A stretch of DNA of 64,000 bases from the human T2T-CHM13v2.0 reference genome, Homo sapiens: the NCBI RefSeq assembly GCF_009914755.1, contig NC_060925.1; one strand, written 5' to 3'. The notes beneath the pieces were generated by a model, which made no database searches, had not been told where the DNA came from, and worked only from the letters and a program-made list of their open reading frames with translations. Below are positions 17,837 through 37,285 of the stretch, piece after piece (positions within the stretch are counted from its first letter, which is position 1; every line of letters begins with the position of its first letter). Position numbers and translations under genes: made by a program.

Positions 17837-18015
17837 CTGGACATGGTGGCTCATGCCCCCTAATCCCCACCTAACCCTAATCCTAATCACAGCACTTTGG
17901 GAGGCTGTGGTGGGAGGATCACTTAAGCCTAGGAGGTTAAGACTGGAGTGCTGTACAATCGCACCACTGCATTCCACAGCCTGGGCAACAGAGGGGGACC
18001 CTGTCTCAAAAAAAA
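17837..18015 (+). mobile_element. Alu monomer/hybrid (left-arm start, right-arm end)
   Basis: gctggacatggtggctcatgcc...cagcactttgggaggctg...gcaccactgcattcc...gcctgggcaacaga, A tail. Confidence 0.7.
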
Positions 18016-18296
18016 GAGAAACTGCTGTTGCCATAATAGTTGTAAGAAATAATACAGAGCGATCCCTTGTTCCCTCTGCCCAACTTTTCCTAACAGTGAG
18101 TCTTTGCAGAACACCACAGTCTCACACAAGGACATGGACTTTGATGCCATCCGGTGGCCTTACTTAGCCTCCGCCCATCTCGCTTAGCATCCCCAGGAAG
18201 ATCCCTGTGTGGCCCTTTCACACCTATGTCTCTAACGCCATCTTATCCCTAATCCCTGGCAACCATAGCCCATCTTCCGTTTCTAGAATTTTGTCA

Positions 18297-18638
<342 letters not shown>

Positions 18639-18769
18639 TCATCCAGGTGCTGCCTCTGGCACGAGGACATGTGCTGGAGCTCTCTTCCAGCTGTTGCGTA
18701 GTTCGTTCCTTTTTATTTCTGAGTTGTTTTTCCTAGGGTGTGAGCCACGTCTCTTTGCCCATCTGCCCA

Positions 18770-19150
18770 TTTGTTTTGGGCTGAATCATGTCCCCCCAAC
18801 AATGTCACAGGCTGAAGCCATCATCCCCAGGGACTCGGAATGTAACTGTGTTTGTAGATACGATGTTCACAAACGTTGATTAAGTTAAAATGGGGTCATA
18901 TGGGAGGGCCCTAATTTAATCTGACTGTGTCCTGATAAAAAGAAGAAATCTGGACACACAAAAAGACCCCCCGGGGTGCACACAGGGAGTAAAGGCCAAG
19001 TGAGGGCACAGGGAGAAGGCAGGGGCTGCCAGCTGCGGAGAGAGGCCTCGGAGGAACCAGTCCTGCCCCCTTGATCTCGGACTCCTGCCTCCAGGACTGT
19101 GGGAAAATCAGTGTGCTGGTGGCTCAAGCCGGTCGAGGCAGCACTGAAGA
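18770..19150 (+). mobile_element. MLT1-type LTR
   Basis: tgttttgggctgaatcatgtcccccc...taagttaaaatggggtcata...gggccctaat. Confidence 0.65.
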
Positions 19151-19279
19151 CACGTGGGTTGTTTGCAATTGTTGCTGTTACACCTAAAACTGCCATAAAT
19201 ATTCATGGTCAATTTACTGTGTGAACATGCGTTTTCATTTCTCTGGGCCTGGAAATGTGATTGCTGGGCCATATAGTAA

Positions 19280-20205
<926 letters not shown>

Positions 20206-20237
20206 CAGTAGATACTGTGATACCATATGTCAGATCC

Positions 20238-20835
20238 AGTCGATTCTCATTATTTGGCAGTAGTTACATCCGTGAAGTCACCAGGATTGCCAAAATAGCA
20301 AATTATCATCTATCTCTCAGCAGAGAAATACTGGGAAGGCTCCTGGGAGCCTCTGGTCACATTTTCATCACCTAATCAATGCATAACCTTGCTTTAGGTG
20401 TGTTTTGTTTGAAGATACCTGGTTTAATACAGATTGCTGGTGCGTTCACGTGGTGCTCACGGCCTGGGGCACTGTAACTCCTGCTTATCTAACACGATCT
20501 TCACCAGGCTTGTCACGGCCTTCCTGCACCTAGACGCCAGACAGCACTTCAGCACTGTGCTGGGAGGCACCTTTAAACAGCGAAATCGCCCACAAAAAGC
20601 ACAAACGTGGAAAATGTGGCACCAAATAGACCATTAAATGATGCTTCACAAGCCAAAAACCACAGGCAGGGCACAACCTTCTCCACCTGAGCTGGGAAGG
20701 AGTGCACTGGGCCACGCAGAGGTTCTCACTGTGCCTAAGTCCACAGACGACTCTGAACGCTCCCAGAGGATTGATTTCGGGGTTACAAATATATTTTATT
20801 GAACAGAATGCACAAATGACAATGGGGGATGGTGT
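20238..20835. mobile_element. MER82-like TcMar-Tigger element
   Basis: Starts cagtcgattctcattatt; internal gagcctctggtcac, agacagcacttcagcact, tttaaacagcgaaatc. Confidence 0.65.
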
Positions 20836-21019
20836 CTGGGTTGCAGTATTTCTTCCTGTCGGCAGGATGTCCTCTAGTCCTCTTCACTGAGGCTTTCACA
20901 GAGCAAACGCTGTTAACATTTTGATGAGGTCCAGTTGATTAAATTTCCCTTTTATGGATCAAGCTTTAGGTGTCAGCTTTAAGAACTCTTTGCCTAGGCC
21001 TAGATTCTGACCATTTTCT

Positions 21020-21328
21020 TCTTCTTTTTTTTTTTTCTTGAGATGGAGTCTGGCTCTTGTCACCCAGGCTGGAGTACAACAGCGGCATGCTCTTGGCTCA
21101 CTGCAACCTCCGCCTCCCGGGTTCAAGCGATTCTCCTGCCTCAGCCTCCTGAGTAGTTGGAATTAAACAGGTGCCCACCACCACAGCCCGGCAATTTTTG
21201 TATTTTTAGTAGAGATGGGGTTTCACCATGTTGGACAGGCTAGTCTCGAACTCCTGACCTCAGGTGATCTGCCCGTCTCGGCCTCCCCAAAGTGCCGGGA
21301 TTACAGGCGTGAGCCACTGCACCCAGCC
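21020..21328 (-). mobile_element. AluSx-like
   Basis: Reverse Alu consensus. Confidence 0.9.
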
Positions 21329-21399
21329 TCTTCTGTGTTTTTTCTACAAGCTTTGTAGTTTTATATTTTCCATTTAAGCCTGTGATCCTTTTTTTTTCA

Positions 21400-23990
<2,591 letters not shown>

Positions 23991-24002
23991 GGTTTTAGCT
24001 GC

Positions 24003-24360
24003 TGGGGGTGGTGGTGGCTCACATCTGTAACCCCAGCACTTTGGGAGGCTGAGGCAGGTAGATTGCTTGAGCCCAGGAGTTCGAGAGCAGCCTGGCCAAC
24101 ATAGTGAGACCCCGTCTCTACAAAAAAATACAACAAAAACAATAAAAATTAGCCTGGCATGGTGGCAAACACCTGTAGTCCCAGCTTCTTGGGAGGCTGA
24201 GGTGGGAGAATTGCTTGAGCCCGGGAGGTCAAGGCTGCAGTGAGCCGAGACTGCGCCACTACATTCTAGCCTGGGTGACAGAGTGAGACCCTGCCTCAGG
24301 AAAAACAAACAAACAAAACAAAAAACAAACAAAAAAAAGCCCCAGAAACAAAAAAATAAA
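24003..24360 (+). mobile_element. AluJ with (CAAA)n tail
   Basis: Forward Alu. Confidence 0.85.
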
Positions 24361-25399
24361 TAGTTTTAGCAACTGTTGTGCCTGTGCCTTTCCATATAAA
24401 TTCTAGAAGTAGCTTGTCTATGCCCATGAAAACCCTTGCTGGAATTGTGATAGGAATTGAATTAAGTGTGTAGATCCTTTTGGGGAGCACTGGCTTATTC
24501 TGTGAAGTAGGTAATAGTCGTGGCTCTTCATGGCTCCCGTGTGGCCCCGGTGGAGTCCCAAGATCCATGACACAGTCTTCCTTTTCTTTTAGGCTCCGAT
24601 TCTTGAAGTGCTACCAGATAGGCAGCATCCCTATGGGGTCCTTGCCAACAAAGCCCCTCTGTGACCGTATTGTGGTCTTTAGGTAAGAAAAGACTGGGGC
24701 TGTGTGGCCGTGGCTGAACTGGAGTGCCACGTGGCCTCAACAACTCTCAGGACGTCCTCTGGATCCCTGTGGCCTATGTCCTGGCCATGTGCCCCAGAGT
24801 TGGTCCTCATGCCTCATGGCCCTGCTTATTATTTCTGCATGGGGAGAGCCAACCTGTGGGGCCCAGGCGTTGTGGGCAAGATCATGGTCCCTTCCTTCAC
24901 CCAGCATTCAGATCAGGGACAATAACAGGCGTGGCCATGGTCCAGCAGAGGACCAACAGTTACAGCTGGGAGAATTAATTTAATGTGAACGCTGACCTTC
25001 CTCCCCTGACCCTTCTGAGAAATCTCAGAGCAGCGTCTTCTGAACCAGCGGCTTCTCTGGTTCATTTTGCTCTGATACAACAGGATGGGCTTCCAGGGCA
25101 TGAGTCCCGGACGTGAGTCCCGGGCATTTGGCTGCGTTTCTGAGGCTGTGGTCACCAGGGAGCAGCCACGTTCTCCCGACGAGTCCCTGCGAGTCTGAGC
25201 CCAGCTTTGTGGTCTCAGCTCACTCGGGGTCAGTTGAGGAGGCCTCTGGGTGGGGACGTACCAGTGCCCATGAGAACGGAGCCCTGTGTGTCTGATGGTG
25301 ACCATGGGGTGGCATTGAACAGAGGCATGTCCCATGTGCCTGGCTGGAATGCAGGAGGAAGAGTTCTCAGAATTGATGAAATATGAGAAATTAGTTTAA

Positions 25400-26680
25400 A
25401 AAATTTTTATTTTTAAAAATTGTGGTGAAATACACATAAAAAGTACCCTTTTAAACCATGTTTAAATGTCTCATTCAGTGGTATTCAGCACATTCACGGG
25501 GTTGTGCAGCCACCACCCATCTCTAGACCTCCTTTGTTTTCCCAGCCTGAAATTGTTCCCATCAAACACCAACTCCCCATACCCTCCTCAGCCCCTGGAA
25601 CCACCATTCTCTCTTCTGCCTCTGTGACTGTGACGACTCCAGGGGCCTCTTATCAGTGGAATCACATGGGATTTGTCCTTTTGTGTCTGCTGCATTTCAT
25701 TCAGCATGTTGTCATAGCTCGTGTCAGCATCCCTTTCCTTTTCAAGGCTGAATACTATTCCATCGTGTGGATGGCCGGCATTGTTTTTATCCATTCATCT
25801 GTGGGTATACATGTGGGTTGTTTCCACCTTTGGTTACTGTGTATAGTGGTGCTGTAAACATGGGTGTGTTAATATCTCTTCAAGACCCTGCTTTCCATTC
25901 TTCTGGGCAAGGCTGGGCATGTTGGCTCACATGTGTAATCCCAACGCTTTGGGAGGCTGAGATGGGCGGATCACTTGAGGCCAGGAGTTTGAGACCAGCC
26001 CAGGCACCATAGTAAGACCCCACTGCTACAAAAATAGAATAAAATTCCTCTGGGTATCTATCCAGAAGTGGAATGGCTGGATTATGTGGGAGTTTTGTGT
26101 GTCATTTTTTGAGGAACCTCCATACTGTTTTTCATTATAGCTGCAGCATTTTACATTCCCAGCAGCAGTGTGCAAGCATTCCCGTTTCTCCACATCCTTG
26201 CCAACACTTGTTATTTTCTGCTTTTGGATAGTGGCCATCCTAATGGATACGAGGTAATTTCTTTTTTATTTTATTATTGTTATTTTTTTGAGCCTGGGTT
26301 TCACACTATCACCCAGGCTGGAGTGCAACCTCTGCCTCCCAGGTTCCTGCCTCAGCCTCTTGAGTATCTGGGACTACAGGCGTGTGCCACCATGCCTGGC
26401 TAATTTTTGTATTTTTAGTAGAGATGGGGTTTCACCATGTGGCCAGGCTGGTCTCAAACTTCTGAGCTCAAGCTCACCTGCCTCAGCCTCCCAAAGTGTT
26501 GGGATTACAGGCGTGAGCCACTGTGCCTGGCCTGGTACAAGGTAATTTCTCATTGTGGTTTGATTTGCATTTCTCTAGTTACTATGTTGAGCACCTTCCC
26601 ATGTACTTTTTGGTTGGTTGTGTGTCTTCTCTGGAGAAGTGTTTGAGTCATTTGTCCGTTTTAAGATCAGATTGTTTGTC
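25400..26680 (-). mobile_element. L1MB-like 3' fragments with FLAM (25910-26040, +) and a deleted Alu (26280-26533, -)
   Basis: ttgtggtgaaatacacata...aaggctgaatactattccat...tttacattcccagcagcagtg. Confidence 0.7.
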
Positions 26681-27062
26681 ATTTTGTTTATCCATTCATC
26701 TGATGCCTGGGCTGCTTCCACCTCGTGTCCATTGTGAGTAGTGCTACTCACATCACCTGGGTGGACAGACAGTTCATTCCGTTTTCAAGCAGTCACTGAC
26801 AGTGTCGCAACTGGCCCTCCTCACAGCGTCGCAATGTACTCGAGGCCAAACCCAACCAGCCCAGGAAGGACCCCCGGCTGGGGGCCCATAGGGTGCTGGG
26901 TCTGCAGTCTTCCACTGTGGGGCAGGGCGGGGGCACTGTTCAGAAACTGTCCTTAGTGGAGGAAAATGACGCTTTTTTCCCTGCAGTCCCCAATAAGCGT
27001 TCTGCTGCAGAGAATGGAGGGCCGCTGCGAGGGGATACCAAGTGGTGAGGGTTTGCATTCCT

Positions 27063-27129
27063 CCTGCAGGCACACAGCCTGCGGGCACACGGCCTGCAGA
27101 CACATGGCCTGTGGACACACGGCCTGCAG
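27063..27129. repeat. 4x 15-bp tandem repeat GYRGRCACAYRGCCT
   Basis: gcaggcacacagcct gcgggcacacggcct gcagacacatggcct gtggacacacggcct. Confidence 0.8.
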
Positions 27130-27509
27130 CCCAGGCGCCAGGTGGACGGGTCAGCAGAGGCGTTTCTTGGATTTAATTTCCCGACTGGGAATGGGTTGAG
27201 CCCCGTCTGTCCCTCTGTGTATTGGCCACACCCGTTTCTTTCCTGTCCCAGGCCTTTCCAAGTCCCTTGTCCTTCTTGCTGATTTTGTAGGCGTTATCTG
27301 CGTATCCTTGTCAGTTCTATGTATTGCCTGTATTTTCTATCAGTGTGAGGCTTGTCTTTCTTTAATGGTGTCTTTTGGGACAGGAGTTTTTAATTCCAGT
27401 GCAGTGAACTTTTATTTATTTTTCTTAAGGTTTGTGCTTTCTGTGCCTTGCTTAAAAATTCTTTCCCCGCCCTAACCTCATGATAAGAACTTCTGTAGTT
27501 ATACCTTTC

Positions 27510-27808
<299 letters not shown>

Positions 27809-28254
27809 ACCTTTCTTCTGTAGATTTTTAATCTACTTGGGGTTGGTGTGGATGTATGGTGTGAGGTGGGAATTAACATTTTCTGGTTGACATAACTAGC
27901 TGTCCTAACACGATTCACTGAAAGTTCGTCTTTCCCCACTGACCCAGGGTGCCACTTTGGTCAGACTCCATGCGTTCACCTGTGTGAGTTTCTTTCTAGA
28001 CTTCTCATTCTGCTCCACCCTGTCTGTTTGTCTGCTTCTGTGCTGGTACCGTGATGTCTTAATTACTGTACCATAAGGATCATTCTTAGTAACTGGCATG
28101 ATGCTATCACAAGCTAAGGTCTTCTTCAAATAACATTTTGACTTATCTGTGTGAATTTTCGAGTCAGCCTGTTTACACACATAGTCATGCACACACACAA
28201 TAGCATTTTGATCAGCATTGCATTAAATGTGTAGGTCAAGTTGGGGAGAACTGA

Positions 28255-28624
<370 letters not shown>

Positions 28625-29230
28625 ATGCCTACTTTAATTCTGCAAAGTTTGTATAATTTTTCTGAAGTCCTTATATATCTTTTGTTAAATGTATTTATTT
28701 AAAATAATTTTAATACTGTGGCAAAAGGCATCCTTGCGAAATTGCATTTATCTAATTTTTTGTTACTGATGTTTAGAAATAAATTTGCTAAATTTTAATT
28801 GTTCCTAGTAATTATTTTTATATAGGTAGCTTGGGGCTTTTACTTTAGACAATCATATGATCTTAAATTAATGACAGTTTTGTTTGTTTTTGGTAATCCA
28901 TAAATGTTTAGTTTTTTTCCCATTCCTTTCTCTGATGGGTCAGGTTAAACAGGGGTGCTGGTGCCTCACTTGGCTCTTGATCTTAAAGGAAAGTTCATCA
29001 TTGTTTTACCACTTGGTCTGGTGGTTGTTGACATTTCTTGGTAGGTACTCTTTTTGAGGTTGAGAAAGTTCTTATAACTGGAAATCCTAGTTTGCTAAGA
29101 TTTTTTTTTTTTTAAATCACAAAAGTTTGTTGAAATTTATCAGTTTTGGGGAGTATGAATTGAAATGATGATTATGTTTTTCGAGGAACTTGTCCATATC
29201 ACCTGTTTTCAAATTTATTTTTATAACATT

Positions 29231-29530
29231 TGATACAGTTTGGATCTGTGTTCCCACTAAATCTCACATTGAAATGTAGTCCCCAGTGTTGGAGGCGGGG
29301 CCTGGTAGGGGGTGTTTGGATCATGAGGGCAAATCTCTTTAACATCTAGCTTTGATCCTCTGAACTGGAGTCCTGCATCCTTGAGATAACTCTACACTCA
29401 TGATGGAGTGAGAATGACAAAGGCAAACAATACCTCAGCATCACCATGGAAACCACTGGGACCTCGGGGGTCATAAGAGGGCCCCAGGGACCCACAGGCT
29501 GCTGGGATCACACTTTGAGAACCACTGCTC
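29231..29530. mobile_element. MST/THE LTR fragment followed by a hAT-Charlie-like end
   Basis: tgatacagtttggatctgtgttcccac...; ...cacactttgagaaccactg. Confidence 0.55.
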
Positions 29531-29891
29531 TGCTGCTCTGATCAGCTCCTTATACTTGCTGCTCGGTAAGTGTTTAAGGCTGCTCCTGTCCTCAACCCAG
29601 CTGGGACCTGTTATTTTTTAACTGGAAATGGGATGTGTATTTGTTGAATAAAATTTAACAGTACAGAAGCACATGGAGTAAGAAGCCTGTCCATTTTCCA
29701 TCTTCTTGAAGGTCACCATGGTCAGCAGTCTGTGCTCACCTCCAGATGCATCTGTGCTTGCAGACATAGATGTCTCTACTCACACACTTATATCCACACA
29801 CAACACTTTCAAGTAGCCCTTTTCCCAGCTTAGCTGGGGTTGCACCCTCGATGTTCTGCAGCTTGCCTTTCCATGCTGGGTACAGGTGTCA

Positions 29892-30558
29892 TGATGGTGA
29901 ATTTTACGTGTCAGCTTCACTGGGCCACGGGATGCCCAAACATTTAGTCAGACATCATTTCTGGTGTATCTGTGAGGATGTTTTTGGAAGAAATTAGCAT
30001 TTGAGTCAGTGACTGAGTAAAGCAGATTGCTTTTCCAAAGATGGGTGGGCCTTGTCCGATCAGTTGAAAACCTGAATAGAACAGAAAGGCTGAGTAAGAG
30101 GGAACTCCTCCTGCCCAAATGTTTTGAGGTGGGACGTTGGTCTTTTCCTGCCTTTGGACACAAACTGAGACATTGGCTCTTCCTGGATCTTGAGCCTGCT
30201 GAGTTTCAGGCTAGAATGGTACTGTGGGCTCCCTGGGTCTTCAGCCTGCTGACCGCAGATTTTAGGACTTCTCAGCCTCCATAGTCGTGTGAGCCAGTTC
30301 CTTATAATCACTCAGTCTGTTGGTCTGTCATCTATCTATCAATATCTGTCAGTCATCCATCTCCATCCATGTATCCAATCTATCTAGATCCATCTATCAA
30401 TCTTCTGTACCTACCTGTCAATCATCTATTTATCTTATCTATCCATCCATCCATCCATCTCATGTATCATGTATCTTACTGGTTCATACAGAACCAATGA
30501 GAGACACTTATATCCATCTCCTGTTGTTTCTGTTTCTCTGGAGAATCCGGAGTAATAC
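29892..30558 (+). mobile_element. MLT2 (ERVL) LTR with internal (TCCA/TCTA)n expansion ~30330-30470
   Basis: tgatggtgaattttacgtgtcagctt...gtgagccagttcctt...tctgtttctctggagaatcc...taataca. Confidence 0.75.
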
Positions 30559-31599
30559 AGGTGTCATCCCCCATCAGTGCATGAGGGTCCACTGCATTTT
30601 TTCCTGTGATTGCCCCCACCTTTGACAGACCTGTCCTGTGATTCATTTGATTCTTCCCTTGGTGATTGAGTTTGTTGCCAGTTTTTTTTTTTTTTTTTGC
30701 CACCATCAGCTGTCTTGAATATTCTGTTTTTAAAAACCTTATTTTGTAGAGACAGAGTCTCCCCATGTTGCCCAGGGTGGTCTGGACCTCCTGGCCTTAT
30801 GCAGTCCTCCTGCCTCAGACTCCCAAAGTGCTGGGATTACAGGCATGAGCCACTGTGCCTGGCCTTGAATATTCTTGCATCTGTATCGTAATGCATGGGT
30901 AAGAATTTCTGTAAGTCACCTGTGTAACAGACATCTTTTTCAACATTTGTTTTTGGTGTCTTTTGTTGGATAGTCATTTTACATTTTAATGTAATTAAAT
31001 TTATTTTTTTCCTTATTTGGGATATGTGTTTTTTTGGTGTGTCTTGTTGAAGAAATACTTGCTTGAAAATGTTCTCAATTGTATCCTAAAAGAGTTTGTT
31101 TTGCTTTTTTTTCCAGTTGAGTTTTAAAATTCATCTCAGCTTAATTTTAAAAAATTCCATCCCCTACTCCCCCTGCAGACCCTGGCAACCATCAGTCTAC
31201 TTCCTGTTTTTATGGATTTACATTTTCTGGATATTTCATATAAATGGAAGCATACAGTATATAGCCTTTTGTGTCTGGCTTCTTTCACTGAGCATAATGT
31301 TTTCAAGGTTCATCCATTTTGTAGCATGGATCAATACTTCATTCCCATCTGTGGCTTACTAATATTCCATTGCATGAATATACCATATCTTGTTTATCCA
31401 TTTGTCTGTTGATAGACATTTGGGTTGTTTTCATCTTTTGACTATTGTAAATCATGCTGCTGTGGACAAGCAAGCATGTATAAATTTTTGTGTGGACATA
31501 TGTTTCAATTCTCTTGGGTATTTATCAAGCAGTAGAAGTGATGGATTATATGGCAACTCCACGTTTAATCAGCTTGAGTTTCGTGTATGGCATTGTATT

Positions 31600-32050
31600 T
31601 ATTTCCTATATCTGTTGTAATAAATAACCACAAATTGAATGGCTTAAAAAAATAGACTTTACTCTTCCATAGAGGTCTGAAATCAAGGGGTGGGCAGGGT
31701 CATGGTCCCTTCAGAGGTTCCAGGGGACGATCCTTCGTTGCCTCTTCCAACTCTCAGTGGCTCCAGGTGCCCCTGGGCTTGTGGCCACATCCCTCCAGTC
31801 TCTGCCTCTGTCTTCACATGGCCACTCTCTTCCTGTCTGTCTCTATATCATCTCATCTCTGTGTATGTCTGTCTCTGTGACTAAATTTCTCCTTCTTATG
31901 AGGACACCAGTGGTTGGATTAGAGCCCACCCTGAGGACAGCATCTTAACTTCATTGTATCTGCATAGCCCCTGTCCCTCAGTAAGGTCCCATCCACAGAT
32001 TCTGGGAATGAGGAGTTCAACATATCTTTTTGGGAGGACACCACTCAACC
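31600..32050 (-). mobile_element. MLT1-type LTR
   Basis: tgtaataaataaccacaaa...cttgtggccacatccctccagtctctgcctct...aggacaccagt. Confidence 0.65.
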
Positions 32051-32955
32051 CATGATAAGTGTGAAGTAGTACTCCAGTTTTCTTTCTTTTTAGAAGAAAT
32101 AAAAGATATCTTGTTATCCAGAACATTTTTCTCACTCCTCCACAGGGTCACCTTGGTATCTAAATGTGTGAGGGCCTGTTTCCAGGCTCTCTTTACTTTC
32201 GTTGGCCTGTTTTTCTAACCCCGAGTGACTGTCTTAATTACTACAGCTTCCTGAGTAGGTTCTTAGCACATTCAAGAGTCAATGCTTAGAGAGTAGAGAC
32301 TGTTTCTTGCTGGGACTGTTTTCTCTGCACACTGTCCTTAATGGCCTGTTCTCTTGACTCTTCTAGATGTGCTAGCCCTGGCGCTGGCTATTGAAGAGCT
32401 AGCAGTGGCCACATGGAAGCCCTGGACAGCTTAGTGGTGTGCTCTACAAATGACTCTGTCCAGGGCATCTCCCAACACAGCAGTGGGACAAGAAGACAAT
32501 GACGGGATGTTGCATGAACTGACCCTCAGAACCCAATGTCCAGGAGAACATGAACTGGGATCTTGAAGTTCTTCAGAAAGATCAGAGTGAGCGGTGGCCC
32601 TGAGTCACTCTGTAGCAGTCATGGCAGTGAGAAGAGCCACTCTCTAATCATAATGGAATTGCAAGATTGCCAAATTAAGTCACCCAGTTAATTGTGGCCC
32701 TTAATTTTACTCTAGGAATCTGTGCTGTCCTAATCTTAGCATTTCCAGGGAGACATGGCAGCTGTTGGGGGCAGGAGGAATCACCGTGTTCCATGTGACC
32801 ACCAGGCTCTACAGGCTCTAATTTTAAATTATGACAGGGAGGGAGAAGGCTGAGAACCATGCTGCTGACACTGAGACAAGGGTTCCCAGAGGTTCATTTT
32901 CCCTGGACATGGCAAAAAGACTTTGCATAGCCTTTTCAAAGATTTGGCAAATACT

Positions 32956-33043
32956 ATGGGCCAATTTTTTTTTTTTTTTTTTTGAGACGGAGTCTCGCTC
33001 TGTCGCCCAGGCTGGAGTGCAGTGGCGCGATGGGCCAATTTTT
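32956..33043 (-). mobile_element. Severely 5'-truncated young Alu (46-nt body + polyT) with 14-bp TSD atgggccaattttt
   Basis: gagacggagtctcgctctgtcgcccaggctggagtgcagtggcgcg with intact CpGs, between identical flanks 32956-32969 and 33030-33043. Confidence 0.9.
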
Positions 33044-33121
33044 ATATGCATTTTCTGGCATTTATTTCAGTGGATGCAGGATAGATTATTAAAATTCCTG
33101 CACTTTACATTTTTAAAAATC

Positions 33122-33426
33122 CTTTTTTTTTTTTTTTTTTTTTTTGGAGACAGAGTCTCACTGTGTCGCCTAGGCTGGGGCAGTGGCACGATCTTGGCTC
33201 TCTGCAAGCTTTGCCTTCTGGGTTCACACCATTCTCCTGCCTCAGCCTCCCTGGTAGCTGGGACTACAGGTGCCCGCCACCACGCCCAGCTAATTTTTTG
33301 TATTTTTAGTAGAGACGGAGTTCCACTGTGTTAGCCAGGATGGTCTCGATCTCCCGACCTCATGATCTGCCCACCTTGGCCTCCCAAAGTGCTGGGATTA
33401 CAGGCGCAAGCCGCCATGCCCGGCCT
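33122..33426 (-). mobile_element. AluY-like
   Basis: tgcaagct, ccattctcc and ttagccaggatggtctcgatctc diagnostics. Confidence 0.85.
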
Positions 33427-35566
33427 AAAAATTCTTACACAGGCTTTGCTTCATGAAACCCTTTATCAAACTGTTTGGTCATTTTTTGATTTTCACCTGA
33501 GTTGATAATTGCAACTGAATTCATCTTGAACATTGAGAAAACAGTAAGGACCCATGAGAGAATTTTTAAAAGTCAACCAACAATATCCCAGTCCTCACCA
33601 GCAGGTGGTTTAAAGCATCTTTCAGAATTTGAAATCAGTTTTAATGATGGTCACTAACATGAATCATGTTAACATAATTTTAAGCATGTTGTACTTAATG
33701 TTCTGATTGAGATTTTTTAAAGTTTCTGTTTTAATTGCTGTTTTGGTGAGAAGAAATGATTCAGGAGGTCTGTGCTTTGTTACCTGTACCCACATGGTGC
33801 TCAAGGTTGGGTGAGGGAAAGATGAGCAGTTAAACACACAAAAGTAGGAATTCCAGATCATCAGAGTCATTTAATTTTGTTTTGGACAAGAAACGTTTAC
33901 ATGCTGAATCACTCTGCCTTGTTGTTTTTTTTTTTATCCCATTGTCTCCTGGTATCCATTGTTTCCAATGAGAAATCAGCTGTTAATCTCAGTGGGCTGC
34001 CCTTGTATGTGAGGAGCTGGTTTTCTCATGTGTATGTTGGTGTGCCTAATGGTGTCCCACATTTCTTTAAGGCTCTGTTCATTTTCTTCATTCTCTCTGT
34101 TTTTTAGATTGCAGAATCTCTATCAATCTATCCTTAAGTTCTGACTCTTTTTTTTTTCCCTGCCAGTTAAAAACCTACCATTGAGCTTCTCTATTGAGTG
34201 TTTTATTTCATACATTGTACTTTTCAACTTCAGAATTTCCATTTGGTTGTTTTTATAATTTCTGTTTCTTTATTCTGTATTTGATGAGACATCATCATCG
34301 TACCTCCCTTTGCTTCTTTAAGTGTGGTTTCCCTAAGTTCTCTGAACATATTTATAATAGCTGCTTTGAAGCCTTTGCAAAGTCCAACATCTGGATCCTC
34401 TCACAGTTTATGTTGTCTGTTCTCCCTCTCCCTCCAGTATAGGTCATACTTTCCTGTTCTTTACATGCCTCGTAATTTTAATTTTTGTTGAAAACTGGAT
34501 ATTTCAGGCAATATATTCTATCAACTCTGGATTCTGATTCAATTCCTCCCTCTCTTGGATTTCTTTTTCAATTGTTTGCTTATGTATTTGTTTAGTGATA
34601 CATATAACTGGGTATTTATCCAAAGGAAAGGAAATTAGTATATCAAAGGGCTTCCTGCACCCCCATGTTTATTGCAGCAGTATTCATAATAGCCAAGATG
34701 TAGAACCAACCTAAGTGCCTAGCAGTACCTGAATGGATAAAGAACATGTGGCATATATACACAATGGAATATAATTCAGCCATCAAAAAGAATGAAATCA
34801 TGTCATTTGCAGTAACACGGATGGAACTGGAGGTTATTATGTTGAGTGAATAAACCAGGCATGGGGGTCATTTTGACCCAGTCTTTGAGGTTTGTTTTGA
34901 CCCAGGACATTCTTCTTAGCTGTGTCCTGCTGAAGTTCCTCTGGTGAACTAGCTGGCCTGAGGTTGAGCTTGTTGGTCTTAAGTAAGAGGAACAGTTGTT
35001 TTCAAGAGCACCCTTAGGGTTGAACTTCCTTTCCCATGTGCTATTTCAAATAAAGTCAGTTCCTATGGGGAGCGCTTTAGAACTTTCTCTCCTTGTGAAC
35101 TTCTTTTCCCCTTTGGCAAATCTTGGAGTCAGTTTTCTGGGCAGTGGCAGCCTGTGGTCTTCTTGGATTGCATCAAAGACCCAGATATACATGTCCTATG
35201 ATTCCACAGACCCTGAACTGTTCCAGTAACCCAGCTGTGGAGTATCTGACTGGGAGCTCCGTGACAAGGCTTGGTGGTGTGCAGACTTGGTTTCCAGTAA
35301 GATTCTGCAACTATTTTTCTAAAGACACACACATACCTGTTTGAGCGGGAGCCAGGCATGGCTGACCTCCCCACAGAAGGGATAGGGCTGGGTGTCACTA
35401 AAGGCCAGGCCCTCTGCTCATGATGCTTTCACACCATCTTAGGAGTGAAGCTGATGGGCATCTCAGATTTGGCTTTCTCTGGCACAGGTAGGATTTAAAA
35501 ATGAGGCATAGACTTTTCCTATGCATGTGTGACATGCTAGACATATGGCCTTTAAGACCACATTCA

Positions 35567-37285
<1,719 letters not shown>

